From an uncultured Chloroflexia bacterium (GTDB taxonomy: Bacteria; Chloroflexota; Limnocylindria; Limnocylindrales; CSP1-4), in the NCBI GenBank assembly GCA_963716375.1, contig OY970306.1, positions 3,202,441 through 3,266,440 of the forward strand: DNA of 64,000 nt, read 5' to 3'. Shown here in pieces: positions 26,759-35,047 of the stretch. The translations under genes and the position numbers were made by a program. The notes under the pieces were generated by a model. It was not told the origin of the DNA. It searched no databases and saw nothing but the letters and a program-made list of their open reading frames with translations. Every line of letters begins with the position of its first letter. The first letter of the stretch is position 1.

Positions 26759-28723
26759 ATGTCCGCCATGCCCCGCCCCGGCCGCTTGCCTGTCCTGTTG
26801 CTGCTTGCCGGGATCCTGGCGGGATGCTCGGGCCCGTCGGCCCCGACGACCGGTTCCGTCGGCCCGACGCCGAGCGGGACGGCGGTGGCGCAGGGCCAGA
26901 GTGCATCGCCCGGGACGGCGTCACCGGGACCGACCAGCGAGTCGGCGACCGCAAGGCCAGATATGGATTCGACGGCGTGGGGACAGGCTCTCCGCGACAT
27001 TGACCCGGACGGAGGCCGATCGCGCGAATTGGCCCTTCGGCTGTTCGCGATTGCGTTCGGGCCACTGCCTGGCGTCGACGCACCCACGGACCGTCGTGGC
27101 GTCCGTTCCGCTTCGATCGCGGTCCGGGCGATCGATGCGCATCGCGACGAGCTGACACCTGAGCAGCAGACTGCAGTTGACGCCTACCTCACTACGCCGG
27201 CTGATGCGGTGGAGATCACGATCCAGCCGGTCCAGGCTGGGACCCCGCCGACCGTCGCCCAGGCGCGGATCGCCATGGTCGGTGGGCGCGGCGCGATCGT
27301 GCCTGGCGCGGCCCCCGAACCGGCCGTCGTCAAGGCGGTGACCGACGCAGCGAATGGCTTCCGGACCCAGTTCGCGGGACTCCTCGGCGCGGACGTCCCG
27401 GGCACGATCACGGTCACCCTCACCGGCGTGCCCGGCGAGGATGACGACCTCGGCTACGCGCGCGTCCAGTGGAAGGACGGCGCCTACGCAGGCTGCCGGA
27501 TCGAGCTGACCAGCAGCGCGGGCAGCGAGGCGGTGCTGATCGTCAACACCGTTGCCCACGAGGTGTTCCACTGCTTCCAGGCGCGCGACTATCAGCGGGC
27601 GGATTGGGGCCCCGCACCGGACTGGGTGATCGAGGGCGGCGCAGAGTGGGCTGCCGCAACGGTTGCGCCGTCAGTCTTCGATGAGGCGGGATGGTGGGAG
27701 GAATACCTCACGAAGCCGGAACTCCCGCTTTTCACCAAGACGTATGACGCCATGGGGTTCTGGGCCCATCTGGACGCGTCCGGCACCAGCCCGTGGTCCA
27801 TCTTCCGAGCCGTGTTCCGGGCGGCGCTGGACCAGCCGGCGGCATTCGCCGCGTCCGGCGCCACCTCTGACGCCTTCCTCGACACGTGGGCCTCGGGCTT
27901 CCTGCGATCGCGGGCTCGCGGCGCCGCGTGGGATGCGACCGGTCCGGGCATCACGGACGACAATGCGATGCCCGTCGGCTTGTCCGTCGGCAAAGGCGCG
28001 GAGGTGCCGGTCTCGGCGATGCCGTACACCAACGCGCTCTACCAGCTGACCCTCACCGCGGACGTGACGCAGATCGTGCTCCTCGGCCACGGCCGCCTGT
28101 CGGATGGCAAGGTGGACATCGCCGGGATCGACCTGGTGTCGCGTGTGTTCTGCACGAAGCAGGAGGACTGCAAACCCGAGTGTCCGGACGGGTCGCCGCT
28201 GCCGACGGCGCTTCCGCGGCTCGACGGGACGAACGCAGTCCTGGCGATCACCGGCGGGGAGAAAGGCATCTCAGGGACCCTGACGGGAAGCAGCCTTGAA
28301 GACTTCTGCAAGCGCCCGTCGAAGGCCGTTCGCGTGCATCTCGAGCGGCCCGCCAGCTCAGGGGTCCTGCCCGGCACCGTTCTCGACATCGTTTCCTGCA
28401 CCGGGCCGTTCGGCTCGTGGAATGGCGTGATGCGGCTGGGCGGCCTGAGCGCAGGAGGCTTCGAGGTCCCGTTCACTGACCTTCCGATCGCGTTCACGAT
28501 CCAGGGCAGGACCGCACAGACCAACGTCTCCGGCGTCGTGCCGACGCCCGTCTTCGACCTCGACGTCGAGTACGACCTGAACATCAGCGTGGACCCGACC
28601 GGCAAGCGCATGACCATCACCGGCACCGGCGGCGGCGACAACGGGATGTTCACGGTCAGCGAGGCCTTCGGGGACGCCCTGAGCAATCTCCCGATCGAAC
28701 CGGCGCCGCCGGGCCGATGCTGA
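26759..28723 (+). CDS. Lipoprotein with HExxH motif (putative secreted zinc metallopeptidase, unknown family)
   Basis: Lipobox LLLLAGILAGC. The single motif VAHEVFHCFQ lies in the N-terminal half. The Cys-containing C-terminal half is beta-rich. Confidence 0.6.
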   Translation: MSAMPRPGRLPVLLLLAGILAGCSGPSAPTTGSVGPTPSGTAVAQGQSASPGTASPGPTSESATARPDMDSTAWGQALRDIDPDGGRSRELALRLFAIAFGPLPGVDAPTDRRGVRSASIAVRAIDAHRDELTPEQQTAVDAYLTTPADAVEITIQPVQAGTPPTVAQARIAMVGGRGAIVPGAAPEPAVVKAVTDAANGFRTQFAGLLGADVPGTITVTLTGVPGEDDDLGYARVQWKDGAYAGCRIELTSSAGSEAVLIVNTVAHEVFHCFQARDYQRADWGPAPDWVIEGGAEWAAATVAPSVFDEAGWWEEYLTKPELPLFTKTYDAMGFWAHLDASGTSPWSIFRAVFRAALDQPAAFAASGATSDAFLDTWASGFLRSRARGAAWDATGPGITDDNAMPVGLSVGKGAEVPVSAMPYTNALYQLTLTADVTQIVLLGHGRLSDGKVDIAGIDLVSRVFCTKQEDCKPECPDGSPLPTALPRLDGTNAVLAITGGEKGISGTLTGSSLEDFCKRPSKAVRVHLERPASSGVLPGTVLDIVSCTGPFGSWNGVMRLGGLSAGGFEVPFTDLPIAFTIQGRTAQTNVSGVVPTPVFDLDVEYDLNISVDPTGKRMTITGTGGGDNGMFTVSEAFGDALSNLPIEPAPPGRC

Positions 28724-28724
28724 A

Positions 28725-28975
28725 CCGACCGAACTCGATCGAGAACTTCCGGCAAGATCACGGGATGAGACGTGACAGCCGGCCGCTCTGGGGGTTGATC
28801 CTCGTGGTGGTCCTCTGCGCCGCCGCGTGCGGATCGCAGGCCGCGACGCCCGGTGCCACGCCGTCCGGCGGGGCCTCGGCCGGCGCTTCTTCCGTTGGGC
28901 CGGTCGCGGCGACGTCGACGCCCGGGCCGACAACGCCGCTCAGCCCTGAACCAGCGACCGAAGCGCCGGCGACCG
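28725..28975 (+). repeat. Copy B of the ~251-bp duplicated leader / signal-peptide / linker cassette
   Basis: See copy A. It begins 2 nt after the stop of the upstream gene. It is followed by 15-bp tandem units (gcgaccgaagcgccg-like) encoding (A/V)TEAP repeats. Confidence 0.9.
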
Positions 28976-29952
28976 AGGCGCCGGTGACCGAAGCGCCCGT
29001 GACCCCGGCTCCCACCGAGGAGGCGCCGACCCTGGCGCCCGCCGGTACACCGGCCACCTCGAGCGGCCCGTCGTCGCCGGCTCCTTCGCTCGATTCACGG
29101 GTCCGTGTCGTCAGCGTCGAGACGGTCGACGAGCGCACGCGCGATCTGCTGATCGAGACGCCGTCCCTGTCCGCCCCGGTCGGTGTCCGGCTGCTGCTGC
29201 CGGCCGGCTTCGAGACCGAGCCGGACCGCCGCTGGCCTGTCCTGTACCTGCTCCACGGCGCTGGCCTGGACCAGGAAGCCTTCCGGGCCTGGACCTACAG
29301 CACCGACGTCCAGGCGCTCGTGGCGCCCACGAACCTGCTCGTCGTGATGCCCCAGGGCGATGGCTTCGGCTGGTACTCCGATTGGTGGAACGGCGGCAAC
29401 GGCGGCCCGCCGATGTGGGAGACGTTCCACCTGACGGAGTTGATGGCGATCATCGAGCGCGACTGGCATGCCAGCGACCGGCGCGCGATCGCCGGCCTCT
29501 CGATGGGCGGCTACGGGGCCATGGTCTATGCCGCCCGCCACCCGGGCATGTTCAAGGCCGCAGCGTCGTTCAGCGGCCCGCTCGACATCCTCGGGGAGAA
29601 GGACGCGGGTATCCTGGGCAACGACCCGGCGACCTGGGGTGACCCTGTAGATCAGTTGGACGTGTGGAAGGCGCACAACCCCATCGATCTCGCGGAGGCG
29701 CTGCGAGGGACGGCGCTGTACATCTCGTACGGCGACGGCGGGCGCGGACCTCTCGACACAGTCGATCCCGGGGACGATGGCGAGGCCTTCCGGGCGATCG
29801 GCAACCGGGCGTTTGTGGCGCGGATCAAGGAGCTTGGCATCCCGGCCACCGTGGATGCATACGGCCCGGGCAGCCACTCGTGGCCCTACTTCGAGCGCGC
29901 CCTCCACCGGTCGCTGCCGCTCCTGCTCAAGGCGCTCGGCGAGAGCGGCTGA
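28765..29952 (+). CDS. Lipoprotein alpha/beta-hydrolase of the putative-esterase (esterase D / antigen 85-like) family
   Basis: MRRDSRPLWGLILVVVLCAAACGS lipobox. WPVLYLLHGAG, the nucleophile elbow GLSMGGYGA and a C-terminal GSHSWPYF. Confidence 0.8.
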   Translation: MRRDSRPLWGLILVVVLCAAACGSQAATPGATPSGGASAGASSVGPVAATSTPGPTTPLSPEPATEAPATEAPVTEAPVTPAPTEEAPTLAPAGTPATSSGPSSPAPSLDSRVRVVSVETVDERTRDLLIETPSLSAPVGVRLLLPAGFETEPDRRWPVLYLLHGAGLDQEAFRAWTYSTDVQALVAPTNLLVVMPQGDGFGWYSDWWNGGNGGPPMWETFHLTELMAIIERDWHASDRRAIAGLSMGGYGAMVYAARHPGMFKAAASFSGPLDILGEKDAGILGNDPATWGDPVDQLDVWKAHNPIDLAEALRGTALYISYGDGGRGPLDTVDPGDDGEAFRAIGNRAFVARIKELGIPATVDAYGPGSHSWPYFERALHRSLPLLLKALGESG

Positions 29953-30048
29953 CTCGGATCCGGTGGTTTCGGCAGCCGCGGAGCCGGGATCCACACGTTA
30001 GTCGCTCCTGCCCGGAGCGTCGCATCCGCGATCAGGGCGATGACCGGA

Positions 30049-30366
30049 TCACGACGCATCTCCTGGACGATTCTGTTGGTTGGGCATGTCTGTGACGGGC
30101 GGCACGGGGGCCGCATAGAGCTGGGCTGACATCGGGGCAAACGGCCGGCGACTGAACACCGCCTCGACCGGCAGACCGAAGAACTCGGCGGCGCGGAGGG
30201 CAAGATCGAGACTCGGGTTGTACTCGCCGCGCTCGAGGTAGCCGATGGTCTGGTAGTTCACGCCGATCGCGTCCGCCAGTTCCTGGCGGCTGAGGTTGCG
30301 CTCGGCCCGCAGCACGGCAAGGCGGTTGTGGAGGACGGGCTCGACGCGCTCGGATTGGCGCCCCAT
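30049..30366 (-). CDS. XRE-family helix-turn-helix transcriptional regulator
   Basis: NRLAVLRAERNLSRQELADAIGVNYQTIGYLERGEYNPSLDLALRAAEFFGLPVEAVF. The start overlaps the upstream stop by 1 nt (TGATG). Confidence 0.85.
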   Translation of the reverse strand: MGRQSERVEPVLHNRLAVLRAERNLSRQELADAIGVNYQTIGYLERGEYNPSLDLALRAAEFFGLPVEAVFSRRPFAPMSAQLYAAPVPPVTDMPNQQNRPGDAS

Positions 30367-30857
30367 CAGGCTTCCTCGATCGGGTCGGGCTCGAGCCAGG
30401 CGAGGGCCGCGGCCGGGAGCAGCGGTAGAAGCACGCCCAGACACAGCGCGATCGCTGTAGCGAGCTGAGCGTCGACGGTGACGGGCCGACCGAAGCCGAG
30501 CACGGGGATCACCACGGCCGCGCCGAGGATCACGACGACGGTCCCGAGGACCTTGTAGCTGAGGATCCAGGCCCGATCCCGAAGCTGGCGCTCCCGCTCG
30601 TCGAGCCCCGTGCCAGGCAGGTCGGCCCGGTTCCTCACGTAGCGGTACAGGACGAGCGCGCCGAAGAGGGTGACGCCGAGGAGCCCGAACGTGATCGGGC
30701 CCCAGAACAGGTTGGACACGGACGTCGTGAGCCAGAACGACGACCAGGCGAACATGGCGGGGAGCGCGAGGAGCGTCGCGACGGCGACGATGCGCCGGCT
30801 CCTCTGGGACAGGCGGTCCACCCGCCATTGGCTTCGTGACGTGGGTCTACTCATCAT
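30366..30857 (-). CDS. Small 4-TM membrane protein co-transcribed with the XRE regulator
   Basis: Start MMSRPTSRS at 30857, preceded by GGAAGGG. Four hydrophobic segments. The membrane-protein plus XRE arrangement is common. Confidence 0.6.
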   Translation of the reverse strand: MMSRPTSRSQWRVDRLSQRSRRIVAVATLLALPAMFAWSSFWLTTSVSNLFWGPITFGLLGVTLFGALVLYRYVRNRADLPGTGLDERERQLRDRAWILSYKVLGTVVVILGAAVVIPVLGFGRPVTVDAQLATAIALCLGVLLPLLPAAALAWLEPDPIEEA

Positions 30858-30897
30858 CGGGACGCCCTTCCGCTCATACGTGTTGTCTATGGATCGG

Positions 30898-30926
30898 AAT
30901 ATATGACTTATACAACATATTGTCAA
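30898..30926 (-). promoter_or_regulatory. Near-consensus sigma70-type promoter in an AT-rich patch
   Basis: On the minus strand: TTGACA (30921-30926), 17-nt spacer, TATATT (30898-30903). Confidence 0.6.
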
Positions 30927-31078
30927 GCAAATACCACTGATCCTCACCCTGATCGGGAGCGAATGCCGCGATGCAGGCTCGGCCTCAGTGGCGATCGCCC
31001 AGGGGATCCCGCGAGCGCGATGAGTTCTGCGGCGTTCGGCGGTCGTATCGTCCTACCCGCCACATAGGAGGACTTCTG

Positions 31079-31642
31079 ATGCGCAGCGTGACCTATTCGA
31101 TGGGCGCGTCGCTCGATGGCTACATCGTCGGGCCGGACGGTAAGTTCGACTGGACGCCGCCCCACGCGGATGTCTTTCGCTTCTGGATCGACGAGATCCG
31201 AGGGGTCGGCGTCCATCTGATGGGACGGCGGCTGTACGAGACGATGCTGTACTGGGAGACCGCCGACCAGGATCCATCGCTCGACGACGCAGAGCTCGAG
31301 TGGACCGCCCTCTGGAAGCCGCTCCCAAAGGTGGTGTTCTCCACCACGCTGTCCGAGGTGCAGGGCAATGCCCGCCTGGCCTCCGGCGGTCTGGCAGCAG
31401 AGATCGAGCGGCTGCGTGCCGAGCCGGGGGAGGGCGAGATCGCCATCGGCGGCGCGACGCTCGCCGCCGAGGCGGCGGCCTTGGATCTGATCGACGAGTA
31501 CCGGCCCATGGTCTACCCGGTGCTCGTTGGCGGTGGCATCCCGTTCTTCCCCCGGCAGGAACGCCGGGTCGATCTCGAGCTCGTCGAAACCCGCTCGTTC
31601 AGCTCGAGAGTCGTTTACCTCCGCTACCGCGTGGCGCGTTAG
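31079..31642 (+). CDS. Dihydrofolate reductase-like / RibD C-terminal domain family protein
   Basis: AGGAGG upstream of the ATG at 31079. MRSVTYSMGASLDGYIVGPDGKFDW, HLMGRRLYE, IAIGGATLA and VYPVLVGGG. Confidence 0.8.
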   Translation: MRSVTYSMGASLDGYIVGPDGKFDWTPPHADVFRFWIDEIRGVGVHLMGRRLYETMLYWETADQDPSLDDAELEWTALWKPLPKVVFSTTLSEVQGNARLASGGLAAEIERLRAEPGEGEIAIGGATLAAEAAALDLIDEYRPMVYPVLVGGGIPFFPRQERRVDLELVETRSFSSRVVYLRYRVAR

Positions 31643-31693
31643 CCGGTTCTTCGACCCTCCGGACCTCGCGGTCCGTCGCGCCGCCTGCGGGAC

Positions 31694-33135
31694 TCAGGCA
31701 TTCGCCAATCGCTCGTAGACGCCGCGGCCCTCGCGGAACAGCTCGATGATCCGGTCGCGCTGGGACGTCGACGTCGAACCGCGCCTGCGTGGTGATCCAG
31801 GCCAACGAGCGGTCGATGTCCTCGCATGAATGCGCGTGCCGCGGTCGCCTGGATCGCCGAAGCCGGGGCCTCGTGGACGTAGACCGGGCTCGTATGCGCC
31901 CAGAGGGCGTGGTCGTAGCTGTTGCGGGATCGGCCCCAGGCGCGCGCCGCGACCCAGCCGGCCGAAGGGTCGACCGACGTCCGAACCGATCCGGATCGCG
32001 CACCCGGCGCAGTCTCCTCGCGGAAGATGACCTCGCCGTCGACGACGATCTCGACGGCGGTGATCGGCATGGCGCTTGCCCAATCAACGACGACGTCGAG
32101 TGCGCCCGTGCTCGTGGTCGGCGCCAGAACCTCGTTCGAGGGCGCATGCCCGGCCACCGTCAGCCGCAGGATCGGCCCGTCCGTGATGAACGTCCGGCCG
32201 TCCCGAAGGCCAGCCAGCCAGGCCGGATAGGTCAGATCGCTGCCGACGTCGACGTACACGCGGTTGCTCGAGCAGACGAACCAGTCGGAGCCCGTTGATG
32301 CCGGCAGCCGGATGCCACAGTTGAGGAGTGCGTACCAGATGTCGTACTCGGGGTCCATCCAGTACGGGTCGAAGAGGTTGATCCCGTCGAGTGCGCCCAG
32401 GGCCGCCGCAACCGGCGCTTCCATCCCGATCCCGTTGTGGCACCAGATCGCGAGGCCGCCCTGCCGCCGCGCCTCGCGACAGGCGTCGATGAGCGGCGGG
32501 TAGTCGGGCGTCGCGTCGTCGACGAGCAGGCCGCGACTGAGCGGCTCCACCAGCCGCTCGAGGTTGATCAGCATCAGGTGACCGTAGCCCTCCACGCGCG
32601 CCTCGCGGTTGTGGCGTGTCTCCTCGCCGACGTCGATCAGGTGGGCAGGCTCGGACAGCGAGTGGCGGCCGATCGGGAAGACGTTCGATGCGTACGCGAG
32701 TTCCCGCCGCTGCAACTGGCTGACGATGAATACCGGAAGGTCCTCCACGCGCGGATCGGCGCGGAGGCGATCGAGCGCTCGCGTCTCCTTCTCGTCGTAG
32801 TGGACGTGCGTGTTGCCGGCATGCCAGCCCTCGTCCGGCATGCGGATCCAGCGCCGGAGCGGCAGGTCGACGTCGATCGCGCCGCGTGCCGGCACCTCGA
32901 CCGTCACCCGCAGCGGTTCGAACTCAGTGCCGCGCTCGACGATGATGTCCGCCTGCCCGCGCTCGACCTCGACCTCGAAGGTCCCGTCGGCGTAGAAGAA
33001 GGGCTCCCCGGTGCCGACCTTGAGCAGCGCGGCCTCTGGAACCGGCGACTCGCCGGTCGAGGCAACGACGCGCACGCGGGCCTCGAGGGCCCGCCCGTCC
33101 GCCGCGTCGACGATCCGCCCTCGCAATTCGGCCAT
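31694..33135 (-). pseudogene. Putative metal-dependent hydrolase (CehA/McbA- or PHP-like) with two apparent frameshifts near its 3' end
   Basis: Main ORF 31639..33135 (GWHAGNTHVHY, AIWCHNG). The C-terminus continues through two further frames: EDIDRSLAWITTQARFDVDV, then QRDRIIELFREGRGVYERLANA-stop at 31694. Breaks are near 31824 and 31763. Confidence 0.55.
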
Positions 33136-33405
33136 CGAGGCAGTCTAGGGCGACACAGTCATCGCCGGGTTCGCGAGAGCGCTCTGTCTCCGACTCGTCG
33201 TCGGCGACGTTCTTCCAACCTGAACAGTGATCATCGCGGCGCGCTCGCCATCGGTAGAGTTCGCCCATGCGAGCGACAGCCAAGCCAGCGGTCGATCGGA
33301 CGGTGCCGCTTCCGGACGGCCGTTCAGGAAGGCGCAGGAGGGCGGCCACTCGTGCGCGGGCGGACCCGCGGAGACGCGCGATGGACAGCCGGGTTGCTTA
33401 CCGCA

Positions 33406-34455
33406 TCAGTCGTGGGCGCTCAGCCAGGCGCCGACCTTGGGCCACAGATTCTGGCTGGCCGTCCGGCCCACGACGATCCCGACGTGGCCGCCCTCGACGA
33501 CGATCTCTGACGCGTCGCTGCTGCTGACGCGCTTCGTGATGACACTCGTCGTCGGCCGTGGCGCGATCGGGTCTCGGCTGGCGGCGATGTTGAGGACCGG
33601 GCAATGGATGTCCGCCAGTCGGACCGGCCGACCATCCATCACGAGCGTATCCGTCGCCAGGCGGTTCTCCTGGTAGAACTCGACGATCCACTGGCGGAAC
33701 GCAGCGCCGGCGAACGGCACGCTGTCGTTCACCCAGCGGTACATCGCCTGCCAGCCCCGAACGTCGAACTTCGGATCGGCCAGCTTGTCCCAGAGTTGGC
33801 GGTACGTGCCGACGTAACTGGCCTTGGGATCGAGCAACTTCGTGCCGATGTCCGGCATCTGCCCGGGGACGATCGGAAACGTGTCGGTCACGCTGTCGAC
33901 CGGGAAGATGTCGCGAGCCGTCATCCGACCGAATTGACCGGCATCCGAGAAATCGATCGGCGCGGTCAGCAGGATGAGGTTGCGGGTCAGCTCGGGGTGG
34001 AGGGCGGCGAAACAGGTCGCCAACGCGCCGCCGATGCAGTATCCGAGCACGGTCATCCCGTCCTCGCCCGTGACCTTCTGGATCGCCTTCGCCGCGCGCG
34101 GGAGGTAGCGAGTCACGAGCGTCGACACGTCAAGCGCCCGATCCTCGTCGCCGGGTGTACCCCAGTCGATCAGGAAGACGTCGAATCCCTCGCCCAACAG
34201 GAATTCGACGAAGCTCGCCCCCGGGCGCAGGTCCAGGATGTACGCCCGGTTGATGAGCGGCAGGACGAGGAAGACTGGCGTTCGACGGGTGGCGGGCTCC
34301 GATCGGGTATACCGGTAGAGACGCGCCTTGTTCTTGCGCCAGATCAGCTCCTTCGGCGTCAGACCGACCGGCGCGTCGGCCGAGCCCAGCACGATTCGAG
34401 CCATCTCAAGAGCACGATCGGTCGATGACCACACCGTCGCGGCGTCAGGCAGCAT
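33406..34455 (-). CDS. phaC: Class III-type poly(R)-hydroxyalkanoate synthase catalytic subunit PhaC
   Basis: ATG at 34455 inside ORF 33406..34836. About 349 aa. Lipase-box-like GYCIGG with the catalytic Cys. FLIDWG and alpha/beta-hydrolase layout. Confidence 0.88.
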   Translation of the reverse strand: MLPDAATVWSSTDRALEMARIVLGSADAPVGLTPKELIWRKNKARLYRYTRSEPATRRTPVFLVLPLINRAYILDLRPGASFVEFLLGEGFDVFLIDWGTPGDEDRALDVSTLVTRYLPRAAKAIQKVTGEDGMTVLGYCIGGALATCFAALHPELTRNLILLTAPIDFSDAGQFGRMTARDIFPVDSVTDTFPIVPGQMPDIGTKLLDPKASYVGTYRQLWDKLADPKFDVRGWQAMYRWVNDSVPFAGAAFRQWIVEFYQENRLATDTLVMDGRPVRLADIHCPVLNIAASRDPIAPRPTTSVITKRVSSSDASEIVVEGGHVGIVVGRTASQNLWPKVGAWLSAHD

Positions 34456-35047
34456 CGACCACGCTGAGGCCGTCACCCGACGGCCCTGTCGGACGGAGCG
34501 GGCTTGGCAGCCTGCGATGACTTCGCGCGGTTTGCCGGCCTGGCGGCTGCCGCGGGCCCGCTGGCGCCGGCCTTGCCGGTGGCGCCGACGGATCCTTTGG
34601 GCCCGGCCGCGCCTTTCGGTCCAGTGGTCCCTTCGGTCCAGCGGGTCCTTTCGGTCCAGCGGGTCCCTGGGCGCCGGTTCGGCCTGGGGCCCCGGGTACG
34701 CCCGCCGGCCCGGCGGGTCCGGGGGTCCGCACCGCCTCCTCGATCGCATCGAACCGATCGGTGAGCTGATCGATCTTTTCCTCGAGCCCGATGACGAGTT
34801 CGCCGAGTCGGGCGATGTCCTCGCGCGTCGGGACATTCAGCGTCTCGAGATACGTCCGCATGTTGTTGCGGGTCGCCTTCTGCGCGGCGAGCATGGTCTC
34901 GAGCAGTTTGCCGCTCGAGTCGCTGAACTCCGGGCTGCCCATCGCCTGCTCGAGGGCCGTGCTCCAGGCACGCTCGTTCGCGTCGTACATCTCGCGCCAG
35001 ACCTCGAACGGATCGGTGGTCGGGCCCGCCTCTTCGGTCTTCGTCAT
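34445..35047 (-). CDS. phaE: PhaE-like PHA synthase subunit with a C-terminal collagen-like GXY tract (probable frameshift near 34630; corrected stop would be 34473)
   Basis: The N-terminal 100 aa (LNVPTREDIARLGELVIGLEEKIDQLTDRFDAIEE) are PhaE-like. GPAGPAGVPGAPGRTGAQGPAGPKGPAGPKGP follows, and GXY continues in another frame (GPKGAAGPKGSVGATGKAGASGPA). ATGA overlap with the upstream PadR-like gene. Confidence 0.7.
   Translation of the reverse strand: MTKTEEAGPTTDPFEVWREMYDANERAWSTALEQAMGSPEFSDSSGKLLETMLAAQKATRNNMRTYLETLNVPTREDIARLGELVIGLEEKIDQLTDRFDAIEEAVRTPGPAGPAGVPGAPGRTGAQGPAGPKGPAGPKGPLDRKARPGPKDPSAPPARPAPAGPRQPPGRQTARSHRRLPSPLRPTGPSGDGLSVVDAA

Noticed and set aside
21353-30000. tRNA-Arg-adjacent region considered as an integrated mobile element or prophage remnant.
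   Set aside because: No integrase, recombinase, transposase or phage-like gene is present. I could not find a direct repeat of the tRNA 3' end by eye. I report it only as an accessory-looking locus, not as a mobile element.
30971-31078. Upstream extension of the DHFR-like ORF (start at 30971).
   Set aside because: The extension is Arg-rich and lacks an RBS. The ATG at 31079 is preceded by AGGAGG and matches the usual family N-terminus.
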